Source of the DNA: Schmidtea nova
Taxonomy: Eukaryota
NCBI GenBank assembly: GCA_044892505.1
Contig: CM097883.1
Coordinates: 273,792,001 to 273,856,000 of the forward strand
Reading direction: 5' to 3'
Length of the DNA stretch: 64,000 nt
Below the pieces are notes generated by a model. It had not been told where the DNA came from and did no database searches. It saw nothing but the letters and a program-made list of their open reading frames with translations. The position numbers and the translations under genes are program-made. Shown here piece by piece: positions 50,957 to 62,681 of this stretch; position 1 is the first letter of the stretch, and each line of letters starts with the position of its first letter.

Positions 50957-51089
50957 CCGTATTTTCGCGATTATAATCTACAGCTTATATAAAAAAGTTG
51001 AATTTTCTAAAAACGAAGGGGTGCGGCTTATACATAGAAATTATACATTTTTCCTATTTAAGCCGTGGCTTATATTCGCGAAAATACGG
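50957..51089. mobile_element. pogo/Tc2-type MITE (133 bp)
   Basis: 14-bp TIR CCGTATTTTCGCGA, TA on both sides. Confidence 0.85.
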
Positions 51090-52301
51090 TATTATGTGCG
51101 GCAAACCCAAATTGCAGCACCAAAAAAAAAAATTATGTAAGATTTCATTAAATTTCTAGCAGATTTCGAAGTACTTCAAAAATTAATTAAATTAATTAAT
51201 TAATTATCGATTTACGCGGTAGATACGTTTTGCAAAAACCCGCGTAAATGAAGACATAGACTGAATATTAAATTTAAAGATGCGTTCAGGAAAATTCGCA
51301 TAAAAAGGTCCACAGTCGGTTTTAAATAAATAAAAAAATTTTTATTCAACATTAATATAAAATTGTACATATTAAAATACGTCATGAATATTTCTTAACA
51401 ATATTTTGTTTATAAAACAAAATATTACAACTTTTAAAACTTGGAACAAAGCTAAAATTTATTTATTCTCATTTTCACTGTTGTCTTCTAACATTCTAAC
51501 CATTTTCTTCAAAATTGGTTCGAAATCACTTTCGTCATTAGCAGAAACAATCATATTTCTTGATAACATTAAAATGTACACATCAATAGATTTTTTTCGG
51601 GGCATGGACAATTGGCTTGTTTTGACTTTGTGGAACTTTTAACCACTTGTCTACGATGCACATACACTACATGTATTTGCTTAATTGTTCCAATATTCAG
51701 TCTTAATATGATAAGTAGGAATGGGTCTAATAATATTTTTATTATTAATAATAATTATTATTAATGATTTCATTTTAAAAACAATAATAAAAATAGCAAC
51801 ACAAAAAAAATAATTTTGTGTTAATTTAGAGTTGAATCAAACGTATTGTCGTTTAATTCCACGAATAATAGAAAGGGTTCATACTGATTTCACTTTTTCA
51901 AACGTACCAGTAATTTTTGAACACTATCTTTGAAGAAATCATTTAGTTTAAAATGAAACCAGTGTTGGAGGTTGGCATTCATTTTTTCGGAATTGTTATA
52001 ATTTTTTTTCCTTGAATGTGGTATTTCATAGATGAATGAAAAAGCCAATACTCTGAAGCTTTTCAGTCGTTTTCGTGACTATGTGGAGTTACATTTCCAT
52101 AAATGATATTGTAGTGTCCTCAATGATATAAGCGGCTGTGTTTCTGTTGTATAGCAATCATAAGGCAATAGAGCTGTTCGCAGTAGACATCCACATTGGT
52201 AGATATATCACGAGGCAACATGTACATAATAAGTAATTCTTTCAAATACAAGAGTACAATTACTAAATGCTTCCTGCTTGTCAGTGTTCATGTAGGTGTA
52301 T

Positions 52302-55300
52302 CAGGGCCGTGCCTGACCGGCGTTCATTACGTCCGCCGCACGCAGGCGGCCAAATTAAAAGGCGGCCTGACGACCAGAAAAACAAAAAAAAATTAAAAAG
52401 CAAAATAACAATGTTAATATATAGTCATAGTCATATATAATCGAAGTAAATTGTCAAATAGTTGAGTGTTGTTGTCAATTCGTCAATTGTAATCATTATC
52501 GTTGCGCTCTATGGCGTAGGTAAGTTGGGAGCGCGTGTGTGTGCGTGCGTGTGTTATAATATGTGATTTACCTGTCTGTCTATAGCACGGCAAGCGTCTC
52601 AGCTGCGTGGCAATAAAACCCTATTCGAACTCGGAAAGCGCTTGGGCAGATTCCCTCACCGCCTCACCCAACGCTTTGTTACAAAAGGTTGAAAAAGGTA
52701 ATGAATTTAATTTTATAATAAATTAATTTCAATATAAATCGTTATTGATATTTTTAAACATTTTAGTAAAAGGCCTAAGAATGACTGGAAGAAAAACGAA
52801 AAGATTGTCTGGAGCACAGTATAAAAGAAAGCGAGAAGAAAAACAACATGTTGCTAAAAAAATCTTTGGTTCACTAACCAAATATTTGGAAAAACCTACA
52901 GAAATGCAAAATGCTTGCAGTAGCCAAGCAAATCCAAGCAGTGAATTTTTTTCCAATGAAAATGAATTATCTGCCGAAAATACAAATGATAATCACAATA
53001 TTAGTAGAAATGATGAAATAGGAGATATTGCAGTTACAAATATCGACGATATCACTGAAATTGATGAAAAATATTTTGCTATGTGTATAGAACTAAATTA
53101 TCCAGCTTGCTGGCCTTTAACATTTACCAATAAAATGCTGGATATTTTAATTGAAAAAGGCCCTATTCAAAATATACAATCTACATATCCACTAAATGAA
53201 TTTGGAAAATCATTTTCAAAGGTTTATTTCTATAGAAAACTGCCAAATGGTGAAAAATTTAATCGTGAGTGGTTAATCTATTCTCCAAAAATGATGCCAC
53301 ATTTTGCTTCTGTTGTAAATTATTTGGCAAACAAGAAATAAAATTAGTTAATGAAGGCTTCAACGATTGGCAACACATATCTGACAACTTATCTCGTCAT
53401 GAAAAAACATCGCTGCACATCGAAAATTGCACCTGTTGGAAAAAATTGGAATTATATTTAAAAAGAAAAACTACAATTGATAAGAATATGCAACGGTATT
53501 ATGACGCCGAGAAAAAACGATGGTGTCAAATTGTCAGGCGCATGATATCTGTGGTACAATTTCTAGCAGGACAGTGTTTAGCTTTTAGAGGTTCTTCCAG
53601 CAAATTGTACGAAAAAAATAATGGAAATTTTCTGAAAGCAATTGAAATGATAGGAAAATTTGATGATATAATGGCAGACCACACAAAACGCGTACAAGAA
53701 CCAATCGCTTTAAAGAACCACATGCCACATTACCTGGGAAATCGCTTTCAAAATGAAATAATCACTATCCTTGCAACCCAAATTCAAAAATATATATTAA
53801 CATCAATAAAAGAGGCAAAATATTTTTTAGTCATTTTGGACTGTACGCCGGACACTGGACATGTCGAGCAAATTACAATGATTATTAGGTATGTACATAT
53901 TAAAAATTATGAAGTTGAAGTAAGAGAAAATTTCATTGGCTTTTATCAAGTTGAAAATTGTACTGGAGAATCTTTTTACGACTTCTTAATTCAAAAGTTA
54001 AACTATCTTGAATTAAATATTAACGATATGAAAGGCCAGGGATACGATAATGGGTCTAATAAGTCCGGAAAACATCAAGTATTGCAAAAACGATATTTGG
54101 ACAATTATCCACGAGCTCTGTTTATGCCATGCAACGCGCATACATTAAATTTGGCCATTAATAATGCAGCTAATGTTTCGTTTTCAACGGTGGATTTTTT
54201 CAGTAATGTATCTGCAATATACAACTTTTTCAGTGGATCACCATTTAGATGGCAAGTTTTAAAGAAAAATGTAAAATCTTTAACATTGAAACAAGTTAGT
54301 GAAACTCGATGGTAAGCAAGAATTAAAGCGATTAGACCACTGCGAAATGAATTAGGTGAAATTTATGACAGCCTTATAGAAATAGCTGAGGAATCTTCAA
54401 TGCCAACAGTTCGACATGAAGCTGAATGTTTGGCAATGAAACTTAAATCTTATAAATTTATTTCTTCAATAATAATATGGTACAAAATCTTGGCAAAGGT
54501 AGATTTTATTAGCAAAATGATGCAGAAAGTTTCTTGGAATATCAGTTCGTGTGCTGAATCAATTAAGGAAGTTTTGAAATTTTTCAAAAGCATTAGAAAT
54601 GACGAAAGTTTCGAAAATTATTTGCAGATTTCTAATGAACTTTGTAAAGCACTTGAAACAGAACCGGATTTTCCTGCTGAAATTAGTGTACGTCGCCGAC
54701 ATCACCGAAAACAATTTAGCTATGAAGGAGATGAAGATATTCAATTTACTCCAAAAGAACATTTTCAAATTAATTTTTTCTATGTAATACTAGACACAGC
54801 TATTTCATCTCTTACCACCCGTTTTGAAACTGTCAAATTTCGAACAATGTTTTGGATTTCTATACAAATTTATTGATATGGAACATGAGGAAATAAAAAA
54901 AAGTTGTTTCGATCTCCATAATAAATTTAAAGATGGTGAATCTTGTGATATCAGTGGCGTAGAATTATATCAAGAGTTAATTTCTCTAAAAATTATCATA
55001 AAAGACAGAAAGCAGTCCGAAGAACTCATAAAGTTTTTATACAAATACAACTTGGAGACTTCTTTTCCAAATGTCGCCACAAGTTTAAAACTTTTACTGA
55101 CAGTTCCAGTATCTGTTGCATCTGGAGAGCGAAGTTTTTCAAAATTAAAAATAATCAAAAACCACCTGAGAACTTCAATGACTCAAGAACGTCTCAGTAA
55201 TATATCAATTATTGCAATTGAAAGTGAAATTGCTGATTCCTTAAATATTGAAGGGGCGATTAAAGAATTTGCCTCTAAAAAATCGCGTAGAGTAAATTTT

Positions 55301-55508
55301 TGATTTGTAATATCATAGATTTATAAATGTGCCAAAACATATTAATGTTTTATATTCAATGGTAATATGTACATGTACATTAGATATATAAGTATAATAA
55401 TAAACATTAAGAATGAAAATTTGATTTTTTTCTTTGATTTTGATGTTATCTCAAAGGGCGGCCATGCATACTAGCACGCAGGCGGCCATATATCCAGGCA
55501 CGGCCCTG
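52302..55508 (+). mobile_element. Full-length hAT (TTF zinc finger, DUF4371), copy 1, inactivated
   Basis: 14-bp TIR CAGGGCCGTGCCTG, perfect TSD AGGTGTAT. Transposase ~52781-55303 has FCFCCKLF, LDCTPD, GQGYDNG, PCNAHTLNL, ETRW and VSVASGERSFSKLK; frameshifts near 53290 and 54829, nonsense TAA at 54313. Confidence 0.97.
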
Positions 55509-55723
55509 AGGTGTATGTAGTGGATCCTCTTATGGCTTCTCCATTATATGATATTAAAAGCACCGTCATTGTCCCAATAGACACAGATTTCATCGTAAGC
55601 CATTAATTGGCTCAAAAATCATTCTGTTAGTATATTTGAAGTAGGTTTTCATAAATCAATTTCCAATTGGATTACACCGTCCATGAGCTTATGTGTAACC
55701 GAGCATTTTTCCAGGTACCATTT

Positions 55724-56502
55724 TGTTGGGGTTAGGCTGAAGTGGTGCAAGTAAAATGAGAGTGCGCAAGGGATTGAAGGTAAATCAATAAAAAGGCTGA
55801 AAAGCGTTAAATTTAAAACTAATTATTAAATACAAAAAAATTAATTAAAAATTTGAAGAAAATAAAAATAAAGATTCAACAAGGGAAATTGGTATGTACA
55901 GATGGCAAATGGAGAGACGAGTACGAATATGATAATTAAATATCAATGGGGTCCCCAAAAAAAGTTATTCAGTAAATAGAAATTAATTAAAAATTAATGA
56001 ATAATTTATTAGTCATGTAGAAAACTCGAGTCAATGGGAAGCCCGAGTGCATGGGAGATCCAGCTAGTGGAGAGCCCAAGCAAAGGAAATCCGAGAGAAA
56101 ATCGAATCAAAACAAACTCTAATTAACAAAAATCCAATTACAGAACGTCATAATCGAATTTGATCGCAAGTTTGGAAAACATAGCCAATTTGTTGACGAA
56201 TTGGTAAACTATAAAAGTAAATTGCCAGTTTGGTGGGTAAGAGAAAAGGAGATCGTTGTAAAGAAAACATTAGCCAATCAAGAGTATCAGAAAGGACAAT
56301 CTGCCCTTGGTAGACTTACCCCTATCGCTTAGAAAAGAGTGCAGAAGGTGTGTGCAGAAACTTGAAAAGTTTTAATGAGTTAGTTGTCGTGGATTGTCAG
56401 ATTTGAATAAATAACATTTATTGTGTTGGGCTTCAGTTATTTTATTTATTGGTGGAACACGAGGAGTCAGAAACTAAACCGACTCAAATTAATAACCCAA
56501 CA
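55724..56502 (+). mobile_element. Solo LTR, family I copy A (779 bp)
   Basis: TGTTGGGG...ACCCAACA ends, TSD ATTT, TATAAAAG at 56210, AATAAA near the 3' end; homologous to 58073-58888. Confidence 0.88.
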
Positions 56503-57149
56503 ATTTTATCATATTCACCAAGTATTTTCAAACGGTTTTCTGTGAGCGGTTTATTTAGGAGGCAATCCTTCTAAATATGGTTCAATTTTCTACACACAGA
56601 CACTGACCCTTATTCAATTTTAAGTGAAAGACATCTTAACCATTCCAATTCGTCGAATGCGAAATTGTTGTCGTTGAAATTCAAAAACTCACCTTTTTAT
56701 GTCCTTTACCTAAAGACGCTGTTGCTAAGAGTATTGTTTATCGTAAAAAAATCATTTCAGAGAAGAAATCTTTTCAAAGAATAATAGATAAAAAATCATT
56801 TACGTACTTTTGCGAATATCGCTAACGACTAAATTATATTTAAGTAAAATTAGACAATTCCAATGAAATTCTGAACAAACTCCAAAATATGATTTACTAA
56901 ACAAACTTTTATTTTAAATAATTAACAAAGTAAGCCTTCACTGCAAAATTTAATTTGGTGAAAATTTTCGATTATAAAATAATCCTTATCAATCCTTCTT
57001 TTCTTTTATATTAATTAAAATTAAATTAAATTTATTTTCATAAAATTATTAATCACTATACAAAAAGAGAAATTATATTTGTATTTCTATATAAAAATAG
57101 AAGATTTACACGCAAAACTTTTGACCCCCTATATCATTAAATTAAATTT

Positions 57150-57740
57150 GGTTCAATAGAATTTTTAGAATTTCCTTATTTATTTTTCTTCAAGTTTAGG
57201 ATAATTATACTTAAAGCAAACCATTATTTCAACGGTTTTTGGAATGAGTCGATTTCGTGAATCTCACACCCAATTTGTCATTTATATAATTAAAATTTTT
57301 AACAGGTTTACAGTCATATGCTTCTCCGGCAATGAAAAAAATTGATAAAAAACTCATACTTAAACTTGGAATTTATGATATGAAGAGTTATAATCATGTA
57401 TGAATCGTTTAATAGCGAAGTCCATGTATCAGTTTTAAAATTGTTATAGATTGGCACTTCAATCATTCTTGTCATCTTGATCATACTTTTATTATAAATT
57501 TGAAATGATTGCTGGTGTAAAATGTCTTCTAGATGGTAAGATCAAAAGTTTATTTAATTTTGTAAAAAATGCATTAAAATTTTGGATTCTAAATTTCGCA
57601 ATAGTAGAGTATCTTCAATAATCATTCGAAAAAAAATCATTTCTCACTTCCCTTTCGTCACATGTTTCGCAATTATATGTTATTGTATCTCATTAGTATT
57701 GCTTGGGTTTGTCTAAACATGCATAAAAATAAAAAAATGC
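57150..57740 (-). pseudogene. hAT (Ac/hobo-like) transposase remnant
   Basis: Fragments RMIIEDTLLLRNLE, LPSRRHF and TDTWTSLLNDSYMIITLHIIN match the MI..D..P..VE / PSR / TTD.WTS..SY..VT.H block. Confidence 0.7.
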
Positions 57741-57900
57741 ACAGAAAATTGAGTGAAAATCGATTATATAGCAAAATAAATTTTGAAATTTTAAAAATCA
57801 ATATTTTGCTCGAGAAACGGGTATGAAGGAGGTCAAATGATGAGACAAATTTAAATATAATAATATAAAATTAATGGGGGTGTGAAAGTAAGAAATTTAC

Positions 57901-58032
57901 ATATTTATTAATTAAATCTTCTGTAACTGGTTCATATAGTCTAGATTGTGCATCAACGTTGCATTCAGGAACTGCTACTACTACTTCAACTTGTTTGATT
58001 TCAGTGGAAACTTCATTGGCTTCGTCAGACAT
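57901..58032 (-). CDS. Possible first exon (44 codons, acidic) beside the 3' end of a solo LTR
   Basis: AAACATG start, MSDEANEVSTEIKQVEVVVAVPECNVDAQSRLYEPVTEDLINKY, then GTAAAT donor-like site. No downstream exon identified. Confidence 0.25.
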
Positions 58033-58072
58033 GTTTGAATTTTTTTTAACATAAAAAAGTTGTTATTTAGGA

Positions 58073-58888
58073 TGTTGGGTTTATTGTTGAAAGTCGGTTC
58101 TAATTTCTGACTCCTGGTGTTCTTTTAACAAATAATTAACCCAAAACAATAACCTTTATTTCAATATCACAGTTTATCACAATGATTGAACAATATAAGA
58201 ACTGTCTTTTTACACTGAACTTGACTGCTTTCAAGTCACTTGCTGCGAGGGATAAGTCTCCCAACGGAAGATCCCCCTTTCTGGTGCGCAAACAAATGAA
58301 TTAAATTTTACTCTACAACACTACCTTTTCGGACTCTTTTTCTAATTTTAATCGGTTTATTGAAATTTTATCTCTTCGACCACTGGTCCCACATTGCAAT
58401 TTGCTTCTGCTTTTATAGTGCTTCCTCCTTAATGCTTGATTGTTCTGTCTCCCAATTTTGACATTTTAATCTACGATTCAAATTAAACTGTCATATTGTA
58501 ATTTAGTAGCTCTCGCCGTTTCCACATCCTTAGAGCAAATTGAACTGTCACTTCGCTTGAGCGGGTTTCTCTCCTCTCTCGGGCTCTCCATTGGCTCGGG
58601 TTTCCCATTGTCTCGGGCTTTCCATTAGCCAATTAATTCTTAATCAATATTTTAATTTTTTAATTATTTCTTTCTGGGGACCCCCCATCGATTTTATTTT
58701 TATTTATTTGAATTCGTCTCATAATTTGGCACACACCCATACCAATTTTCCCCATGATATATTGATTTTAAATTTTATTAATTTTTTAATTAATGTTTTA
58801 ATATTTTAAAACATTTGGTGATTTTTGCAATTTTACTAATTTTATTTAATTACTTTTAAATTTTGAGTCACTTTGACAAACCCCAACA
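58073..58888 (-). mobile_element. Solo LTR, family I copy B (816 bp)
   Basis: TGTTGGGG...ACCCAACA on the minus strand, TSD AGGA, TATAAAAG at 58417-58410, three ~16-bp AATGG.AA.CCCGAG repeats shared with copy A. Confidence 0.9.
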
Positions 58889-59026
58889 AGGATATATAAA
58901 CAAATATTTATTATATTTATTTAATATAATAAGTTATTTTTAATATTTGTGTATCTTATCAATAATAATTAATAATTATAATAATTAATAATTAATAATA
59001 ATGATAATTAATAATAATTATAATAC

Positions 59027-59460
59027 TGTGACCAGCACAATGGCTTTCCAGAAAAAGATTTTTAAAAAATACAAATTAATAAACAACTTAATTAACTAAT
59101 AAAAAACTCGAGCAGTGGGGAAACCCAAAGCCAAAATAAAATAATTAAATTGGTTGAGAGAAATCTAAGAGAAACCCGTGTCATGTGGGAAACACAAACG
59201 AAATAATTCGATTGCGAAGGATAAATTAATTTTAAGAAAATCAAAATCAAAGGCGGCTTTATAAATTCAATTGCTAACTTGAAGAATAATCGAATCTAGA
59301 AAGTTTTATTAAACAAATCATTATAAAAGCGAAGGCAAATTCCCAAAAGCCGCCAGTTGGTTGAAGACAAAAATATTTTGGGAGATTCAACAAATTATCA
59401 AGAACTCAGGAAAAGAAATGTTAGTTTGAGTCAGAGCGTTATAAGAAGTAAATACTTGTC
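59027..59460 (+). mobile_element. Diverged partial LTR related to family I
   Basis: Shares AAAACTCGAG..GGGAAACCC and TATAAAAGC..GCAAATT..CCAGT.GGT.GAAGA with copies A and B; 3' end and TSD not found. Confidence 0.5.
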
Positions 59461-59545
59461 AATCCAATCAAATTAGAAAGCGTACTAGAAAAGGTGATCT
59501 CCCATTGAAGACCTACCTTAATGATTCAAGGAAAACTATAGATAT

Positions 59546-60911
59546 AGATTCTAATGCTTGTTGTAATATATCACCACTGACACTGATATTTCTTGTTCTC
59601 TGGATCTGGAACCATTCATATAAGATGGCATCAATTTGATATTGTTGAGGTCTCAAATATGTGTACTTGAAATCTCAACTGGGGGTGGTGTTTCCTATAT
59701 AAATAACTAAGACAATAAACGTTTGTTAATAAGATTTATTTAATAACAAAATTAACAAAATTATTACCCAAAAATGTATAGAACTACAGCTTGTTTAATT
59801 CAATCTCAAAGATAAAAAGTTTGTAAGTTTTTTATTTTTGATCAGCTGATCTATTTTAAGAGCTCTACAGGATTTGTACCTGAGAGAGCCAAATTCTTTT
59901 GCGGAATTTTTAAAAGTGATTTTATGGCAATTTGACTAAATTGTCATTGCCTTATATACTAAAATTTGTACTGGCCTTAAAAATTGATATTTATTAAAAT
60001 TGCTTTATTTATCCCGAAGGAGATTTTTTTTGACATTTCGTTTTACCAATTGCCGATGTTTATTAGAATTGCTTTATTTATCCCGAAGGAGATTTTTTTG
60101 ACATTTCGTTTTATCAATTGCTGTTATTTCTAATTTGAACAGATTTACCGAAAATAAATTAAACATAAGAATAATAAAAATAAATTAAACATATTTGTTG
60201 ATAAAAATAATAAAAATAAATTGCACATATTTATCGGTTAATAAAATATTTTTACAGATTAATAAGAAATTAAACACTAAGAAATAAATAATTCGAGCAC
60301 ATTCACTAAAGTCTATTGACAGTTCAAAATGTTTGATTAAATAGTCAAATGATGATCACAAAGATTGAAGGGTTAAGAATTGTTAGACAATGATGATGAT
60401 CACAAAGATTGATAGAGTGAATTAGGGTTTTAGATAGTTTATAGTTATTTTTCGAAAGGGATTTCTACTGATGTTATTATTTGATTGAGATGGTTGAGAC
60501 GGGCACTTGAGACGGATATTGAGACGGGTATTGAGACGGATAATGGACAATTGCGACAGACGATTGACGATTTGATTGGGGATTATTTTTACAGATAGAT
60601 ATTAACTCGGTATCTATTATTACCTGTATGGTAATATTTATTGATTTTAAATGCCTCTATGGGCCTCCCCTCCTCATCCAACAATATCCACTACGTAAAT
60701 GTGTTTTTCGTTTTTGTTTGGTATTCAAGTTTGAATTCAAAATGGAGTCTCTGAATTTCATAAGATTATTTATACAATCTAATGAAAGATTGTATTTTGA
60801 TGAAAGAAAGCGTTGAGGACAACCTTTTTCTTCATCGAATAATTTTAACAATTTCTGTTTCTCTTCGATACTTAAATTCTTTCTCTATCGTTTTGAATTT
60901 GTGTTTTTCAT
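59546..60911 (-). pseudogene. pogo/Tigger (CENP-B-like) transposase N-terminus split by a solo LTR
   Basis: Removing 59643-60683 and one TSD gives RKNLSIEEKQKLLKLFDEEKGCPQRFLSSKYNLS...RKTHLRSGYQIDAILYEWFQIQRTRNISVSGDILQQA (psq HTH plus CENP-B HTH). Confidence 0.85.
59643..60683. mobile_element. Solo LTR, family II (1041 bp)
   Basis: TGTTGAGG...CATCCAACA ends, TSD ATAT, left end homologous to 26384-26470; internal ~69-bp tandem duplication (60001-60120) and 4x TTGAGACGG. Confidence 0.88.
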
Positions 60912-61389
60912 GTTCATAAAATACAGTTAAAAATGAAATATTTAAACAAGAAATTGTATAAATTAATGATTTATTTTACACTATTTTTTGCTCATTGTTC
61001 AAAATAAACAGTGTTCGTATTATAAAACATAATTTACCGTAATTTTCCATGAAAACCATATGATTTCTAATAATTTTTGACTTAAATGTTCATTTTAAAC
61101 TCTGTTTATATTGAACAGGGTTGATTGTATTTAAAAATATTGTTGACAAATATTTTGTGTGAAATAAAAATTGGTGTTATTGTATTTCGAAACAAAGAGT
61201 TATGAGACCGACTTTTAAAAATAACCCAGCAGTATGCCCATTTAAGGAAACAACATATTCATATTATCATCACTTAGCCTTTTTTATATCCATTTTTTTC
61301 AACATAATTAGAGGCAGTGCTTTTTATTTTTATTCATAATTTTAAGTTCATCTTCCATTTAAAAATAAGGCTAAAATAATTTTATTAAT

Positions 61390-61535
61390 NNNNNNNNNNN
61401 NNNNNNNNNNNNNNNNNNNNNNNNNNNNNNNNNNNNNNNNNNNNNNNNNNNNNNNNNNNNNNNNNNNNNNNNNNNNNNNNNNNNNNNNNNNNNNNNNNNN
61501 NNNNNNNNNNNNNNNNNNNNNNNNNNNNNNNNNNN
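61390..61535. other. Assembly gap (146 N)
   Basis: Run of N. Confidence 1.
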
Positions 61536-62681
61536 TATTGGATCGACAATATAATATTATCAACCATGGAGTATGATTCTTAATAATTAAAATAAAATTC
61601 CGCAAAAAAATAACAAAAAATTTAATTTGTTCAAATAACTTAATAATTATCCAAAAAAATAATAATAATAATCCATCATCTTAATAAAATATAATAATAC
61701 ATTTGACAGTTCATCACTTTCTTTATAACGTAAAGGAATATTTAAAATATGTATTCTTTTGAAGAATCTTTCTCTATAACGGAGGAGAATGTTTAAAAGG
61801 TGCAATTCTTTAGTAGATATTTTCAAATCGATTTTAAAACATATGAACTCAAATCAACACTATCCTAAAAAAAGAAATTAAATTAAGTTTGAAATAAAAA
61901 TTATTAATCTACCATCCAACAAATGTCTTTTAATTCTGTACCATAAAATAACTGTATTCCCTCAAAATAAATTTAAATTTTCCAGCTGGTTATGATTTTT
62001 GCTGATTAATCAACACAGGTCAAATTTTAATATCAATCAAAAAAATTTTTTTTGCTTCAAAGAAACTCGCCAAATTGAAATAAAATTTTTGAAACAAATG
62101 AAATTACCGAAAGGGAAAATCCCTTATATATAATTTCCGCGGTAATTTCAATAACTGCGCTGCAGCAACTCTAATTTAAAATTGACATCTTTGTTAAACG
62201 AAAAAAAGTAACGTCTCGTTAATGAGACGATCAAAATTTTCTAAATGGCATGATTTGATGATGGATTTTGGGAGATGATCGCGTAATCAGAAAATTGTAT
62301 TTATTGTATATAATTATTGATTTTGGTAAAAAAGAACTTAATGAATTCACGATTATTAGTATAATCATTGTTATTATATTGTTAATTTTATTATATTGTT
62401 TAAATGTCAAATTATATTTGGCAACCTCAAAAAATTTTTATAATTGCATATCAATAATTTAATCACTGACATTAATTAGTGTTATTCGATGCGATGTTGT
62501 TATTGAAAAATTTAATTTCTTTGCGTAAAATAATTCAAAATTGAATTAAAAGTAGATGTTTAAATAAGTGATAATATTAATATAATTTTAAGCAGTAAAA
62601 ATGGTTGTTAAATCTTACATTGCAAATTATTAATAGTATGAGTAGTATTATCATTATGATTATTATTAATGGGCTCATATA

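Larger units (their letters stand above)
51860..56800 (-). pseudogene. Old mariner transposase split by a hAT and a solo LTR
   Basis: Joined across the two insertions it reads RRIAS.INRSQKTV.KYL..KM..GKCSVTHKL...FLSQLMAYDEICVYWDN...DVYCEQLYCLMIAIQQK, then HGNVTPH and LQHWF..KL.DFFKDSVQKL. Confidence 0.65.

Noticed and set aside
51400-51700. PHD-like remnant on - (TCSVC...KFH...IDVYI)
   Set aside because: Too few conserved Cys/His and several stops.
52532-52546. CGCGTGTGTGTGCGT in the hAT 5' region as another copy of the 15-mer
   Set aside because: Two mismatches and part of a GT-rich run; not counted, though it leaves open that the motif is a general promoter site.
56030-58630. Short spaced repeats (AATGGGAAACCCGAG-like) as a CRISPR-like array
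   Set aside because: Only ~3 degenerate units with no unique spacers; they lie inside solo LTRs in eukaryotic DNA with no cas genes.
2446-59975. Recurring TACTGGC(C) at ~2454, 4614, 11916, 13187 and 59966
   Set aside because: No shared flanks, TSD or partner end; too short to call.
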